A stretch of DNA of 64,000 nucleotides, from sequence record OP778609. One strand, written 5' to 3'. A model generated the notes under the pieces. It made no database searches, had not been told where the DNA came from, and saw only the letters and a list, made by a program, of their open reading frames with translations. Shown in pieces: positions 36,090-46,737 of the stretch; within the stretch, counting starts at the first letter, position 1; every line of letters begins with the position of its first letter. A program made the translations under genes and the position numbers. This DNA comes from Escherichia phage A73.

Positions 36090-37158
36090 TTACTGAAGAG
36101 TCAACCTGACCAGACAGATATTGACCATTTTCTAGTTCCTGTGGAGTCACCTGGACGTTTTTAGTATTCAGGTGGCTATTGATCCAAGGGATCGGATTCT
36201 TCAGTGGCTTACTGATGAAACTATCTAAACCAACTGCTCGCATACGTTGGTCAGCCATATAATCTACGTATTGCCACAGGATCTCTTTATTCAGTCCAAC
36301 CATCGAACCATCTTTGAACAGGTATTCTGCCCAATCACGTTCTTGCTGTCGTGCCTGTAAGAACAACTCACGGGCTTCATCTTTACAATCTTCTGCAACT
36401 CGTGCAATAAGGTCACCTTCACGACCACTCTGCATTTCGTTCAGAATATACTGAGTACCCGACAAATGCAAGGCTTCATCACGAGCGATCAGTTCAATAA
36501 TGTTGGTGTTACCAGTCATGATACTACGCTCACCAAATGCAAACGAACATGCAAAGCTCACATAGAAACGGATTGCTTCCAGAGCATTAATGCTGTGCAT
36601 ACACAGATACAGTGCTCGTGCATGTGCATAACGATCAACTGACAAGTTCAAAGCGTAACGACTGTTCAACTGGAATAAATCGTCATACAGCCTCGTAACC
36701 GCATCTGCACGTTCCAGAATTTCTGGAGTTTTCATGATCTCATCAAGAATTGCAGAAGGATCACTAAATACATTTCGAATAATGTGTGTATATGAACGGC
36801 TGTGGATTGTTTCACTGAAACCCCAAGTCTCAATCCAAGTTTCCAAAGCTGGATCAGAAACAATTGGAAGTAATACTGCATTCGGGCCACGCCCTTGAAC
36901 TGAATCAAGCAATGTTTGATACTTAAGGTTACTAATGAAAATATGTTTTTCATGATCAGGTAATCCCATAAAGTCAATTCGGTCGCGGGTCACATCGATC
37001 TCTTCCGGCCGCCAGAAGAATGCCAACTGCTTTTCTGTCAGCTTTTCAAATTTGTTGTGTTTTTGCTTGTCGTAACGAGAAACGTTAACAGACTCGCCAA
37101 AGAACATCGGTTGTTCCATAAAATCAAACTGGTTTTTGTTAAAAGTTGTGTAACTCAC
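36061..37158 (-). CDS. nrdB: ribonucleotide reductase class Ia beta subunit
   Basis: Near-colinear with E. coli NrdB as I recall it (MSYTTF...EPMFFG...FFWRPEE...[15 protein letters not shown]...EALHL). Confidence 0.97.
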   Translation of the reverse strand: MSYTTFNKNQFDFMEQPMFFGESVNVSRYDKQKHNKFEKLTEKQLAFFWRPEEIDVTRDRIDFMGLPDHEKHIFISNLKYQTLLDSVQGRGPNAVLLPIVSDPALETWIETWGFSETIHSRSYTHIIRNVFSDPSAILDEIMKTPEILERADAVTRLYDDLFQLNSRYALNLSVDRYAHARALYLCMHSINALEAIRFYVSFACSFAFGERSIMTGNTNIIELIARDEALHLSGTQYILNEMQSGREGDLIARVAEDCKDEARELFLQARQQERDWAEYLFKDGSMVGLNKEILWQYVDYMADQRMRAVGLDSFISKPLKNPIPWINSHLNTKNVQVTPQELENGQYLSGQVDSSVSASDFDFEL

Positions 37159-37213
37159 TTATTATCTCCTCTTCGCTAATCTGAAAACCATTATACCTAA
37201 ACTTACCAGGAAA

Positions 37214-37555
37214 TCAATAGTTATTTCTTAAAATTTCAATCCCATACCGCTTAAAGACTTCCTTTGCTGCCATAAACTTTTGTGCTGCACTTGGATTTGA
37301 AGTGTGAACAAACAGAACAGCAGGATACAGGATCGGTTTGCCAAACACAAGTTTTTCTTCTAACATTTCTAAGCAACGGTAACCTTCTTTTGAATCTTCA
37401 CCAAGATCATTGTCGAAATGCCATTCTGTTACCCGACGATACATTTTATTAGGGTCCTCAAGGAACTCTATAAACTGGTCAGAATTTTTAAACCAGATGG
37501 CATCATCATGCCCGTAATCTTTCGGATCTCTCAAATCATCAAGCCAAATCTTCAT
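37214..37555 (-). CDS. hypothetical protein (113 aa)
   Basis: ATG with AGGAGGAAAGG RBS. Confidence 0.55.
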   Translation of the reverse strand: MKIWLDDLRDPKDYGHDDAIWFKNSDQFIEFLEDPNKMYRRVTEWHFDNDLGEDSKEGYRCLEMLEEKLVFGKPILYPAVLFVHTSNPSAAQKFMAAKEVFKRYGIEILRNNY

Positions 37556-37611
37556 CCTTTCCTCCTGTCTCGTTTATGTGATTTATTATACGGATTACTT
37601 TACCAAAGTCA

Positions 37612-37638
37612 ATAAAAAACCGCCCCAAAGGGCGGTTA
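37612..37638 (-). terminator. rho-independent terminator (AACCGCCC-TTTG-GGGCGGTT + U-run)
   Basis: Member of the recurring CCGCCC hairpin family. Confidence 0.65.
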
Positions 37639-37641
37639 ATT

Positions 37642-37830
37642 TCAATTGTACTTGTTGAGAATCTTAAACATATCTTTTGCAATATATTTATTGTCTCGAC
37701 AACCAGCAAGGTTGTTACGAAGTGCAGCCATATAGATCTCTGTACCACAACCTGGGTATTTCGTTCCGAATCTTTTTGCCTGCCGTTTAAATGTCCAACG
37801 ATCAATAAAGAACCACGAGATAAACTTCAT
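37642..37830 (-). CDS. hypothetical protein (62 aa)
   Basis: Start MKFISW with GAGGAGGAA RBS. Confidence 0.45.
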   Translation of the reverse strand: MKFISWFFIDRWTFKRQAKRFGTKYPGCGTEIYMAALRNNLAGCRDNKYIAKDMFKILNKYN

Positions 37831-37870
37831 ATTCCTCCTCAGAACCACCCCAAAGGGTGGCTATTCATTG

Positions 37871-40129
37871 TCACAATTTGCAAGCACCTGATTCGCAACC
37901 ATCATCCTCTTCATCTTCACCATCGCGAGTTTCTTGATAGTAAACAGTTTTCAAGCCAATCTTGTAAGCATACATCAGGTCACGCAGTACAATCTTAATT
38001 GGCAGTTTGCCACCTGGATAATCCCAAGGTTTGTAGAAGGTATTGGTCGAGATCGACTGGTCAATAAACTTCTGGATGATAGCCATCAGGTTAAGATAAG
38101 CTGTCGGTCCGTTCATATCCCATTTGTACTCGTACACCACACCTTCCTCACCAACACCAGGAACCAGCGTCGGAAGCATACCCGCAGGTGACTTCTTAAA
38201 CGTCACCGGACCACGAGGAGGTTCAATCCCGTTGGTAGAGTTGGTGATCTGGCTTGATGTTTCACAAGGCATCATTGTGGACAACGTTGAGTTACGTAAT
38301 CCGTGCAATGCGATATCCAGACGCAAACTTTCCCAATCTTGTTGCAATTCTGCGGTATGCAACTGATCAACTTCTTTCTTGTAGCGATCGATAGGTAAGA
38401 TGCCACGAGAATAAGATGTTTGATCGTACCACTCACAAGAACCACGCTCTTTTGCCAACTGAACAGAAGCTTTCAGCAGGTAGAACTGGAATGCTTCCGC
38501 GAGTTTATGAACTTCATTGGCAGCTTCTGGCGAACTATATTTGAGTCCACGTTTAGCTAAGTAATACGCCAAGTTAGTCCAGCCAATACCCAAAGTACGA
38601 CGCAGTAACGTTTTCTCTGCTGCAAGAACAGGGTAGTTCTGATAATCAAGCAGGTTATCAAGAGCACGTACCGTGATCATAACAGGTTCTTCTAAATCTT
38701 CAAGCTTCTCGATCTTCCCGAGGTTGATTGCTGATAAAGTACACAGTGCAACTTCACCAGAATCTTTCGGGTCCTTAATGTTATTGATCGGGGCCGTAGG
38801 TAATGCAATTTCCATACACAGATTAGACTGCTTAATCGGAGCCACATCAGGAAGGAACGGACTGTTGCTATTGCAGTGGTCAACGTTCTGAATATAAATA
38901 CGACCTGTCTGGCTACGTTCTTGAGCTAAACGAGTGAAAGCATCCGTCGCTTCAAGCTCTTTGCGAGGAATGGAAGGGTCTGCTTCCAATTTCTCATACA
39001 GTTCTGCAAATGCTTCTTGATCCGAGAAGAAGTGTTTATACAGATCGCCGTTTGCTACGTTTGGATGGAAGAAACTGATCTTGCCACCTTTCTGTAAACG
39101 AGTATAGAAGAACTTGTTGATCTGAACACCATAGTCAACATGTCGTGCACGGGTGCTTTCAGTACCACGGTTGTTCTTCATTACGATCAGATTTTCAAAG
39201 TCCCAGTGCCAAATCGGGTAGAAGTAGTTAGCTGAAGCTTTACGCAGACCACCTTGAGATGCCCAACCTAAAGATTCTTGATACATTCGAACAATGCCGA
39301 CCGTACCTGCATGTTTAACTTCCCCGCCGCGAATAGGAGCGTCCTGTCCACGAATAGCACCAAAGTTCAAACCGATACCTGCTCGCTGTGCTGCATACTT
39401 ACCTTGTGCTTCAACTGCGGCAAAGATCTGGTTAATATCATCACCAGATTCAATCAGTACACAAGAACTGAATTGGCGAGTCGGAGTTCGTACACCACCC
39501 ATAATCGGAGTAGGCAGAGAAACCTTCATGGTAGAAACCATATTGTACAGATCAATCACTTTTTGTAGACGCTTCTTAGGATCTTCTTTACTCATCAAGC
39601 ACATTGCGATCAGCATCAGTGCTGTCTGAGGAGATTCAAAGATTTCACCTGTTACACGATCCTTGACCAGATATTTATCTTCGTACTGACGCATAGCTGC
39701 GTAAGTGTAATCAAAATCACGGTCATGATCGATAACTGTATCTAAAAATTCAATCTCTTCTTTCGTGTAATCTGAAATCAGATGTTCATCGTATTTACCG
39801 CGAGCCACAGTCATAAGAATGTGAGCGTACAGTGGACGAGGTTCAAAACCACCATAAGCCTGCTTACGCAGTTTAAACAGAAGCAGACGTGCTGCTGGAT
39901 ACTGATAGTTTGGACTTTCTACACTAATTAGGTCCGCTGCGGACTTGATCAGGGTATCGTGGATCGCGTCTGTTTCTACACCATCATACATCTGAATCTG
40001 AGATTTCATCAGGATATCAGAAGGACTTACATCATTAACCCCTTCACAAGACCAAACTACAACACGGTTGATTTTCTCAGCTTCGAATTTCTCTACAGAA
40101 CCATTACGCTTACGAACAGTAATACCCAA
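37871..40129 (-). CDS. nrdA: ribonucleotide reductase class Ia alpha subunit
   Basis: 752 aa; N-terminal ATP-cone, SGVRTPTRQFSSCVLIE, NLC.EI, C-terminal CESGACKL; near-colinear with E. coli NrdA as I recall it. Confidence 0.97.
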   Translation of the reverse strand: MGITVRKRNGSVEKFEAEKINRVVVWSCEGVNDVSPSDILMKSQIQMYDGVETDAIHDTLIKSAADLISVESPNYQYPAARLLLFKLRKQAYGGFEPRPLYAHILMTVARGKYDEHLISDYTKEEIEFLDTVIDHDRDFDYTYAAMRQYEDKYLVKDRVTGEIFESPQTALMLIAMCLMSKEDPKKRLQKVIDLYNMVSTMKVSLPTPIMGGVRTPTRQFSSCVLIESGDDINQIFAAVEAQGKYAAQRAGIGLNFGAIRGQDAPIRGGEVKHAGTVGIVRMYQESLGWASQGGLRKASANYFYPIWHWDFENLIVMKNNRGTESTRARHVDYGVQINKFFYTRLQKGGKISFFHPNVANGDLYKHFFSDQEAFAELYEKLEADPSIPRKELEATDAFTRLAQERSQTGRIYIQNVDHCNSNSPFLPDVAPIKQSNLCMEIALPTAPINNIKDPKDSGEVALCTLSAINLGKIEKLEDLEEPVMITVRALDNLLDYQNYPVLAAEKTLLRRTLGIGWTNLAYYLAKRGLKYSSPEAANEVHKLAEAFQFYLLKASVQLAKERGSCEWYDQTSYSRGILPIDRYKKEVDQLHTAELQQDWESLRLDIALHGLRNSTLSTMMPCETSSQITNSTNGIEPPRGPVTFKKSPAGMLPTLVPGVGEEGVVYEYKWDMNGPTAYLNLMAIIQKFIDQSISTNTFYKPWDYPGGKLPIKIVLRDLMYAYKIGLKTVYYQETRDGEDEEDDGCESGACKL

Positions 40130-40140
40130 TTTATTTCTCC

Positions 40141-40389
40141 TTATTTAGTTTCAGTTTTAGTTGCAGACTTGTTGATCAGGGTATCATATTTATCGACATT
40201 TTCAAGTGTCGGTTCACCTAATCGAACAGTTAATCCAGAATATTGATCGTGGTAAGTGTCGTCATAACCAAACGAGTCATCAACCAGATCATTAAACTGC
40301 AACCAACCTAAGTATTCATGCTTGCTTGCAAAACCACGCTGGAACCATTTAGTTTGTTCAACCGGAACTGTTAATTTAGATTTACCCAT
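40141..40389 (-). CDS. hypothetical protein (82 aa)
   Basis: ORF. Confidence 0.5.
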   Translation of the reverse strand: MGKSKLTVPVEQTKWFQRGFASKHEYLGWLQFNDLVDDSFGYDDTYHDQYSGLTVRLGEPTLENVDKYDTLINKSATKTETK

Positions 40390-40403
40390 AATATCTCTCC
40401 TTA

Positions 40404-40877
40404 TTATTTAATCAGTGTTTCAGAAAACTCAGGAAGATCCATAACGATTGTTTCGGAACGATCTTCTTTTCGTGTGTACTTACGGGTATTCACCTTTTCA
40501 ACAACCGGAATATCAAAATCTAAAGAGTTAACAAAAGCTGTTGCTTTTGAACTTCTAACATCCAGAATGTCCATCTTTTCATAGATATCTACCAGCGGGA
40601 ATTCTGATTTGTCACGTAGACGTCCAGAAAACACTGTTGTTTCACGGCAAAGGTACGGCTTGTCGATACAACGCACATTCACTCGGTTAATTCGGTCAAT
40701 CTGGCAAGGTTTATATTCACCAGTCTCTTCATTCAGAATTGAAACTTGGAAACCGATCAGGTGAAGGACTTTACGAAGAGTTTTGTCATCCTTCGGGTCG
40801 AAGTTCATGATTTTTGCACATTCCAAAATGAAATCCAGAGTTACTGCACCGTATTTAACTTCTTTCTTAAAACCCAT
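40404..40877 (-). CDS. hypothetical protein (157 aa)
   Basis: Start MGFKKEV with GAGGAGA RBS. Confidence 0.5.
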   Translation of the reverse strand: MGFKKEVKYGAVTLDFILECAKIMNFDPKDDKTLRKVLHLIGFQVSILNEETGEYKPCQIDRINRVNVRCIDKPYLCRETTVFSGRLRDKSEFPLVDIYEKMDILDVRSSKATAFVNSLDFDIPVVEKVNTRKYTRKEDRSETIVMDLPEFSETLIK

Positions 40878-40964
40878 TTTAATCTCCTCGTACAACATTT
40901 TAAAAGTGGGGCAACATGCCCCAGCGCCGATAATGATATAAAATTAACTAACCAATGTCAATAA

Positions 40965-41987
40965 TTATTTTGCAACATGTCCAGGAATTAACTGACGATG
41001 TTGAACAAACCCTTTCAGGTTACCACTCCAGAAGTTACCGTCGCGATCTACGTGAGTAATGCCTTCTTCCCAAGATTCTGGACACCACGGCACGTTCACC
41101 ATGCTCTGCCCTTCTTCAACATCCTCACACGTTTCCTGGATCTCCTTCGCCTGATGCTCGAATGGAGAAGCGTGAACCTTTTTACCCGATACAAGCTTGG
41201 CATAAATATCCAGAGCCTTATCTTTCGTATTGTTAAGACGACGATAACTTACCTGCCCACAACAAGAGGAAGAGATAGACAAAGCTTCTTCTTCAGACAG
41301 CATAATATGATTACCATCTTCATCCTGTACACAATACCCTGCGAAAATATGTCCATCGCCCAAAGGTCCAGAGTCGAAGCAATGATCTACGTAAGGAGTA
41401 TGCCACACCCCAGGCTGTAACCATTCTGGAGTAGAAGCTTTATAAGCTTCGTGCATTTTCTTAGCCAATACTTCGATCGTTGGATCTGCATCTGCATCAA
41501 CACGTAGCCAGAAGAAGTTTTCAAATTCCGTTGCTGTAACGATAGTCTTCATCATCTGGAACGGTTCGATCAATCGGTTAGCAATCTGCTTATGGAACCC
41601 TGCCGTCTCGAAACGTTCTGCCCATTCACAGGCATTTTCCGCAGCCTTGGCCCAAGCTTCTCGTCCGGTACAGTACAGTTCATGACACACGCCACTTGTA
41701 TCTTCCACCCAATCATACCATACTTTACCATCATGTTCTGTTCCTTTATCCTGCATACCAGGTTGGTTAGCACCAAATCGAACAGGCATTGCCATATTTT
41801 CACGGATCAGTTTAACCATTGTCTTGATCGGCACTGCACGAGAAGACATTGCATTTCGGCTAAACAGTCGGTGCGTCATAAGTTCTGAGTGAATGAATCG
41901 AGGATAGGTCAATTCAAACGTGGTGATACGAGCTTTACTACGGTAGCCAACAGAATCTGCAATAATACGGGCTTCAATCATGGACAT
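40965..41987 (-). CDS. thyX: flavin-dependent thymidylate synthase
   Basis: ThyX signature RHR-x(7)-S-x-R (THRLFSRNAMSSRAVP). Confidence 0.8.
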   Translation of the reverse strand: MSMIEARIIADSVGYRSKARITTFELTYPRFIHSELMTHRLFSRNAMSSRAVPIKTMVKLIRENMAMPVRFGANQPGMQDKGTEHDGKVWYDWVEDTSGVCHELYCTGREAWAKAAENACEWAERFETAGFHKQIANRLIEPFQMMKTIVTATEFENFFWLRVDADADPTIEVLAKKMHEAYKASTPEWLQPGVWHTPYVDHCFDSGPLGDGHIFAGYCVQDEDGNHIMLSEEEALSISSSCCGQVSYRRLNNTKDKALDIYAKLVSGKKVHASPFEHQAKEIQETCEDVEEGQSMVNVPWCPESWEEGITHVDRDGNFWSGNLKGFVQHRQLIPGHVAK

Positions 41988-42003
41988 TCAAATCTCCTCT
42001 CTA

Positions 42004-42210
42004 TTAATTTAAATCTTCAACAAATTGTGGCAAGTAATCTTCAATTGGGCGACTCAAATCATTTTCTCTTACAATTTCCAAGTTAGCAAGTCTTTTCTTT
42101 GCCAAGTAAGAAATAAATTCCTTAGTATCTACCCTGTGCCCTTCTAGTGCCAACTTACCGTCAATATAAACACCTTCCCAATCTTCACCTTCGAAAAATA
42201 CTATTTTCAT
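42004..42210 (-). CDS. hypothetical protein (68 aa)
   Basis: ORF. Confidence 0.45.
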   Translation of the reverse strand: MKIVFFEGEDWEGVYIDGKLALEGHRVDTKEFISYLAKKRLANLEIVRENDLSRPIEDYLPQFVEDLN

Positions 42211-42392
42211 TTTATTTTCCTGATTTTGTAATCAACACGAACATCATACATAACGTGAAGATACATGTCAAACATTTCTTTGCACATATCGCTTTTTACT
42301 TTGAAGGAAGCCAAAAGGCTTCCATTTTCTTTAGAAAGGATCTCTACATAATCCCCTTCCCTAACTACCCACCTTCCTTTACCACATCTCAA
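42207..42392 (-). CDS. hypothetical protein (61 aa)
   Basis: ORF with overlapping stop/start. Confidence 0.4.
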   Translation of the reverse strand: MRCGKGRWVVREGDYVEILSKENGSLLASFKVKSDMCKEMFDMYLHVMYDVRVDYKIRKIK

Positions 42393-42994
42393 GATTCTCT
42401 CTCCAAAATAAATTCAGCAATCGATGCCCAATCGCTAGTTACCAAGTCGTAACATCCGATCTCTTCTTCATCTTGACTGAAGGGTGTATCATACTTGATT
42501 TTTACTACCTTGTCACTAAATTGATTCAAAAATTTATTACGATCATCAATGATGTAATCACCCGAAACTCCAGCCTTGTACTTTGTAGCATAAAATCCAC
42601 ACCCGTCTGTTCCATTTTCAAGGTCCAGGTTAGGGAAGTGTCTCTTCAAGAAACGAACCTTACTGCTAAAATGACCTTTCTTGCAATAAGAAACAAACCG
42701 AATAGGGAATCCTGCGGCATGTAACTTGTTGATTGCATCTACCGCCCCCGCAATAGGGAACATCTTATCATACAAGAAAGGATCTTCCCAATAATCATAA
42801 GGAGGGATAGCCTTCTTACAGCGATCAGGGAAGTACCGAGAAAGATTGTAATCAAAATACCCATTCTCGCTAATGTCCTTGTCCATAAGGTCAGAATCAG
42901 CCTCCATATTATAGATGCTTTCCATCCAGTGCAACCAAGGCCATCCAGAATCAACGATAGTTAAGTCAACATCCACAATGATCGCTTTTTTCAT
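42389..42994 (-). CDS. HAD-superfamily phosphatase, possible 5'(3')-deoxyribonucleotidase (201 aa)
   Basis: N-terminal IIVDVDLTIVDSG (HAD motif I-like D-x-D-x-T) and later YIIDDR. Confidence 0.4.
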   Translation of the reverse strand: MKKAIIVDVDLTIVDSGWPWLHWMESIYNMEADSDLMDKDISENGYFDYNLSRYFPDRCKKAIPPYDYWEDPFLYDKMFPIAGAVDAINKLHAAGFPIRFVSYCKKGHFSSKVRFLKRHFPNLDLENGTDGCGFYATKYKAGVSGDYIIDDRNKFLNQFSDKVVKIKYDTPFSQDEEEIGCYDLVTSDWASIAEFILERES

Positions 42995-43633
42995 TTACTC
43001 TTTCCCCTCTGAGAGTTTGATAATTAATTTTGCAGTTTCAGTTAGCTTACCATTAACGTTTTCAACGTCGAAATCTCTAGGTCGTGCACTTTCAGGGAAA
43101 TTCTCAGAGTAAATATAATTACGAGAATCACCTTCAAAAGTTAATTTATTACCTGTTCGTGGATCAGTACGATGTAAACGGATCAGGGTGTAATCACCAT
43201 TTACCGCTTTAACTACCGGAACACTTTCATGAATAAATCCACCATCAGAGCTAATAAATGTACAAGTATAACCATCCATTTCCATACTTTTCGCAATATC
43301 TTTAACACGCTTGGCAAGAGCAACACCGAAGTATTCTTCCCCGAAGAGAGGCTTCGCAACATTCTCCGAGATGTGGATCAGCCAGTTACGTGGGGACACT
43401 TGTTTACCTGCAACATTAAAATATGGTTGAGGTACTTCTTTATAATCACGGTGGTAAAGTGCATCCCACAGTTCACGATTAATACCTGCAATACGAATAG
43501 CTAGATCGATAAGGGAACCTTTAAACTCCACATGAATACCCACGTTGTTGCCTACGGTAACTAACTGAGCGATCTCACCAGCAAGAGCATCTTTACCAGA
43601 AAAAGCAGGACCATTCAAATTGATAAATTTCAT
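42995..43633 (-). CDS. deoxynucleoside monophosphate kinase
   Basis: N-terminal P-loop-like GPAFSGKD, resembling T4 gp1-type dNMP kinase. Confidence 0.65.
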   Translation of the reverse strand: MKFINLNGPAFSGKDALAGEIAQLVTVGNNVGIHVEFKGSLIDLAIRIAGINRELWDALYHRDYKEVPQPYFNVAGKQVSPRNWLIHISENVAKPLFGEEYFGVALAKRVKDIAKSMEMDGYTCTFISSDGGFIHESVPVVKAVNGDYTLIRLHRTDPRTGNKLTFEGDSRNYIYSENFPESARPRDFDVENVNGKLTETAKLIIKLSEGKE

Positions 43634-43657
43634 ATTAATCTCCTCTCAGTTTCACAA

Positions 43658-43683
43658 TAAAAAACCGCCCCGAAGGGCGGTTA
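43658..43683 (-). terminator. rho-independent terminator (AACCGCCCTTCGGGGCGGTT + U-run)
   Basis: Recurring hairpin family. Confidence 0.65.
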
Positions 43684-43691
43684 AATCAAAA

Positions 43692-44786
43692 TTACAGAAT
43701 GTTTGCCAGCGTTTTCTTCATCGCTGCCTTCTCGCGAACATTCTGACGATCTCGTGCACAAGAACCACATTCTTGACAACGATAAATCTTGAACTTAGAC
43801 AAGAACGTTACTGCTGACTTACCTTCCTCAATAACCAGGTCGTCACTACCACAACGAACACAACGCATTGCCGTCTGATCTTTGTGGAACAATGCAATGT
43901 TCGGATGTTTACGCATGAAAGGTCGTACAGTCAGATACAGTTCTTCCAGCGTTGGAATATCACCAATGTTATATTCTTCCATCTCTTCAAATGCGGTTGG
44001 GTCACCTTCAACACAACGTCGCCACAGACTGAAACCTTCGTGCGACAGCTTACGACTATCAAGTTCAAAATAGTTACATGCTGCTTCAAGTGCATTTGAA
44101 GGAAGAGAGAAAGCTTCTTTCAGTGCAGCCAATGTATCGATCGTAATGTAAGGACTTGGTGGTTGCATACCGTAGTATGCGAAACGCTGATTTGCCCAAC
44201 CACGGTCAAAGCGAGCATTATGTGCGATGAAGATATCACATTCATCCAGAACTTTCCACAGGTCTTCGATCAACTTACGATCTGACTGGTGATCTCGTGC
44301 AAACTCTTCTGGATAATCCGTCAGCTTACGGCTGAAGATCGACGGGTTGTGCAACCACTTACCAGCGAATGTCAGCATGTACGGTTCCATAATTACCTGC
44401 TTCGGTGCAATGAACTGTTTAAATCGTCCAAACGAATATGCAACAGAAGGAGATGTTTCAACGTCACCAAGGAAAACTTTAGCACCTGGGTTCTGCTCTT
44501 TGATCTTTTCAATGAAATCTTTTTGAATCTTAGCAACAGGTTCACCACTCGACTCTTTCTGCTGCATATATTCCGCATAGTTTTCGTAATCTTCATAGGC
44601 CGGAGTAATTTCAAGGAGTTCCTTAACACTTGAAACATCATTCTTTTCAATTTCACGACGGATCATATTACGAACCGTGGATTCCTGAGACTCTTTACCC
44701 AATTGGCGAGCTACTTCACGCTGAGACAGACCGTGTTTCATCAGTTGCAGAACTTGTTCAACAGTAAAAGTTACTTTATTAGTCAC
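43692..44786 (-). CDS. DEDDh 3'-5' exonuclease with N-terminal HTH domain (364 aa)
   Basis: Exo I FLGDVETS and Exo III AHNARFD motifs. Confidence 0.6.
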   Translation of the reverse strand: MTNKVTFTVEQVLQLMKHGLSQREVARQLGKESQESTVRNMIRREIEKNDVSSVKELLEITPAYEDYENYAEYMQQKESSGEPVAKIQKDFIEKIKEQNPGAKVFLGDVETSPSVAYSFGRFKQFIAPKQVIMEPYMLTFAGKWLHNPSIFSRKLTDYPEEFARDHQSDRKLIEDLWKVLDECDIFIAHNARFDRGWANQRFAYYGMQPPSPYITIDTLAALKEAFSLPSNALEAACNYFELDSRKLSHEGFSLWRRCVEGDPTAFEEMEEYNIGDIPTLEELYLTVRPFMRKHPNIALFHKDQTAMRCVRCGSDDLVIEEGKSAVTFLSKFKIYRCQECGSCARDRQNVREKAAMKKTLANIL

Positions 44787-44796
44787 TAAAAACTCC

Positions 44797-45024
44797 TTAT
44801 TTAAAAAATTCGATTACATCGGCAACAGCAAAGTCACGGATATCTTGTTTATCTACATCATACGCTTTCATAAACCACTGTTCGCCACGATGATAGGGCG
44901 ATTCACCATACCACATCACTGGCGTTCCAGTTACAGTACGATAACCACACTCACCTTTCCAATTGCGATAATAAAACCGCAGGGTTGGTAAACCGTAGGT
45001 GTTATGGTCAACTTCTTGACTCAT
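44797..45024 (-). CDS. hypothetical protein (75 aa)
   Basis: Start MSQEVD with GAGGAGGG RBS. Confidence 0.45.
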   Translation of the reverse strand: MSQEVDHNTYGLPTLRFYYRNWKGECGYRTVTGTPVMWYGESPYHRGEQWFMKAYDVDKQDIRDFAVADVIEFFK

Positions 45025-45586
45025 ACAAATAACCCTCCTCAAGTTTATCGATAAACGCTTTTACATAAAGAGTTATCATCTCTCCTTTATCCAAGCTCTC
45101 ATCGATAACTACATTGTATCTCAATAAAGCGTTCGTTGCAATTGTTTCTTTCTTTAATCTCTTCAAATATTTTTTCAGGTCAGCAACAATCTCACCATGA
45201 AATTTCCTTGAAGAGTAATCCCTTTCGAGATAGTCAGCCATTCTACGCAGAACTTCACTCATTGTCAAGTCTGTTTTATCTTCCATATGTTTAGACCAAA
45301 GTTTTTGTACACCACCTTCGAAAAGGTTAAGAGTGCTTCCAATAACGCCCCTTACCTTTCCGTCGAAGTGGTCATGGTCCAAACAAGGCTTCTCCATAAC
45401 TTCACCCAGTATAGCACAAACTCCTTGTTGGTCAAGCAATATTTCATCACGATATTTTGCTATTTCTTTTGACCCACTTACCCAAAGATCCTTATTTAGT
45501 TTCACACGGATAGGTGTAGTCGCCTTATCCTTTGCTGTGAATAGAGGCTTCTTTGACCGCCGCTTCCTCACTCTCGGTACTCGCAT
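45008..45586 (-). CDS. Endonuclease VII-like Holliday-junction resolvase (start uncertain)
   Basis: CAILGEVMEKPCLDHDHFDGKVRGV resembles T4 Endo VII (C..C...HLDHDH...GKVRGL). Confidence 0.6.
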   Translation of the reverse strand: MRVPRVRKRRSKKPLFTAKDKATTPIRVKLNKDLWVSGSKEIAKYRDEILLDQQGVCAILGEVMEKPCLDHDHFDGKVRGVIGSTLNLFEGGVQKLWSKHMEDKTDLTMSEVLRRMADYLERDYSSRKFHGEIVADLKKYLKRLKKETIATNALLRYNVVIDESLDKGEMITLYVKAFIDKLEEGYLYESRS

Positions 45587-46193
45587 GTACTCCCTCCAAG
45601 GCTAAAGCCATTAATAACTCACCATGTGTTGGTTCAAGAGGGTTTTCAAAATACTCTTCCATTCCGAAACGATAAAGTGACATTGGGAAGTTTATACTAC
45701 TAAACAAGCTGTTGTCAACATTATTTTTAAATTCCGGTGGAACGTTCGTATCAAATTCCCTAAAGAATTCAGATCGACTAGAGTTTATAAAAACCCTTAG
45801 AGCATTATCAAAAATTGGATTACCTTTTTGCTTAGTCAGATAAAGCAATTCTTTTAGCGAAGCCTTATCAGAAACAGACTTAAAAGAATATCCACTGATG
45901 ATGATCTCGTCAAAACACATACCCCTGACTTTTTGCCAGAAAGACCACTGTGCAGAACTGATCGTCTGAATGTGCATGTTCAGCTTAGATCGTTCATTAA
46001 ACAGGTTTATATCGTAACCACTACGATCTTTCTGATAAGAACCAAACCCCAAGCTATTTGCAGTGTGCTTCAGTTTAGCAATGAAATCCCCCCTTTCGAG
46101 GGTATTCCAACAGATCACTAATTTCTTACTCTGGTAAAACTCTTCAGATTCATAGCGTTCAATAACCGTTTCGTTCAAGGTAGCATCTCCCAA
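45525..46193 (-). CDS. hypothetical protein (222 aa)
   Basis: ORF. Confidence 0.5.
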   Translation of the reverse strand: MGDATLNETVIERYESEEFYQSKKLVICWNTLERGDFIAKLKHTANSLGFGSYQKDRSGYDINLFNERSKLNMHIQTISSAQWSFWQKVRGMCFDEIIISGYSFKSVSDKASLKELLYLTKQKGNPIFDNALRVFINSSRSEFFREFDTNVPPEFKNNVDNSLFSSINFPMSLYRFGMEEYFENPLEPTHGELLMALALEGVHASTESEEAAVKEASIHSKG

Positions 46194-46737
46194 TTAAGTA
46201 GGCATCTGCAAGATCTGTAGACCCGCCGTTCTTACCCGTCTTTGAATATCCAGCTAAAAACCCAGGTTCCATCAACTCGCAAACCTTCATCATTTGATCT
46301 TTATCCATTTTAATTTTTTCCATCTTCGTACCTTTTGCATTCATCACTTCTTGTTCTTCACCAGGTAACTTACCTCGTGCCCAAGATTTAACGGATGTTG
46401 GTGCAATTGTGTGTATGTTGTCCATACTATACCCATCTCGAAGCAGTGTCAACTGAATACAGAAAAATAATCCTGCAAGATCCCTTGTCGCATTACCAGC
46501 AGAGCCGAAACTCAAAGACTCCAATACGATCTTCTCAACCTTAAAAGATTCACAAATATCTGCAATGTGTCTAGAGATGTATGCCATCTGCTCGACAGGG
46601 TTGTCAAATCGAATCTGCCAGTCCTTGGCATTTGCAGATCCAGTGGTTTTTAATACCTCTTTAAAGATCGGTTCATTACCGTCAAAAACTACACATGCAC
46701 AAGAAGCCATACTCTGATCGATGGATAAAATTTTCAC
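46159..46737 (-). CDS. RuvC-like / RNase H-fold nuclease (192 aa)
   Basis: MKILSIDQSMASCACVV...VLESLSFGS...TDLADAYLIG follows the RuvC-like pattern. Confidence 0.45.
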   Translation of the reverse strand: MKILSIDQSMASCACVVFDGNEPIFKEVLKTTGSANAKDWQIRFDNPVEQMAYISRHIADICESFKVEKIVLESLSFGSAGNATRDLAGLFFCIQLTLLRDGYSMDNIHTIAPTSVKSWARGKLPGEEQEVMNAKGTKMEKIKMDKDQMMKVCELMEPGFLAGYSKTGKNGGSTDLADAYLIGRCYLERNGY

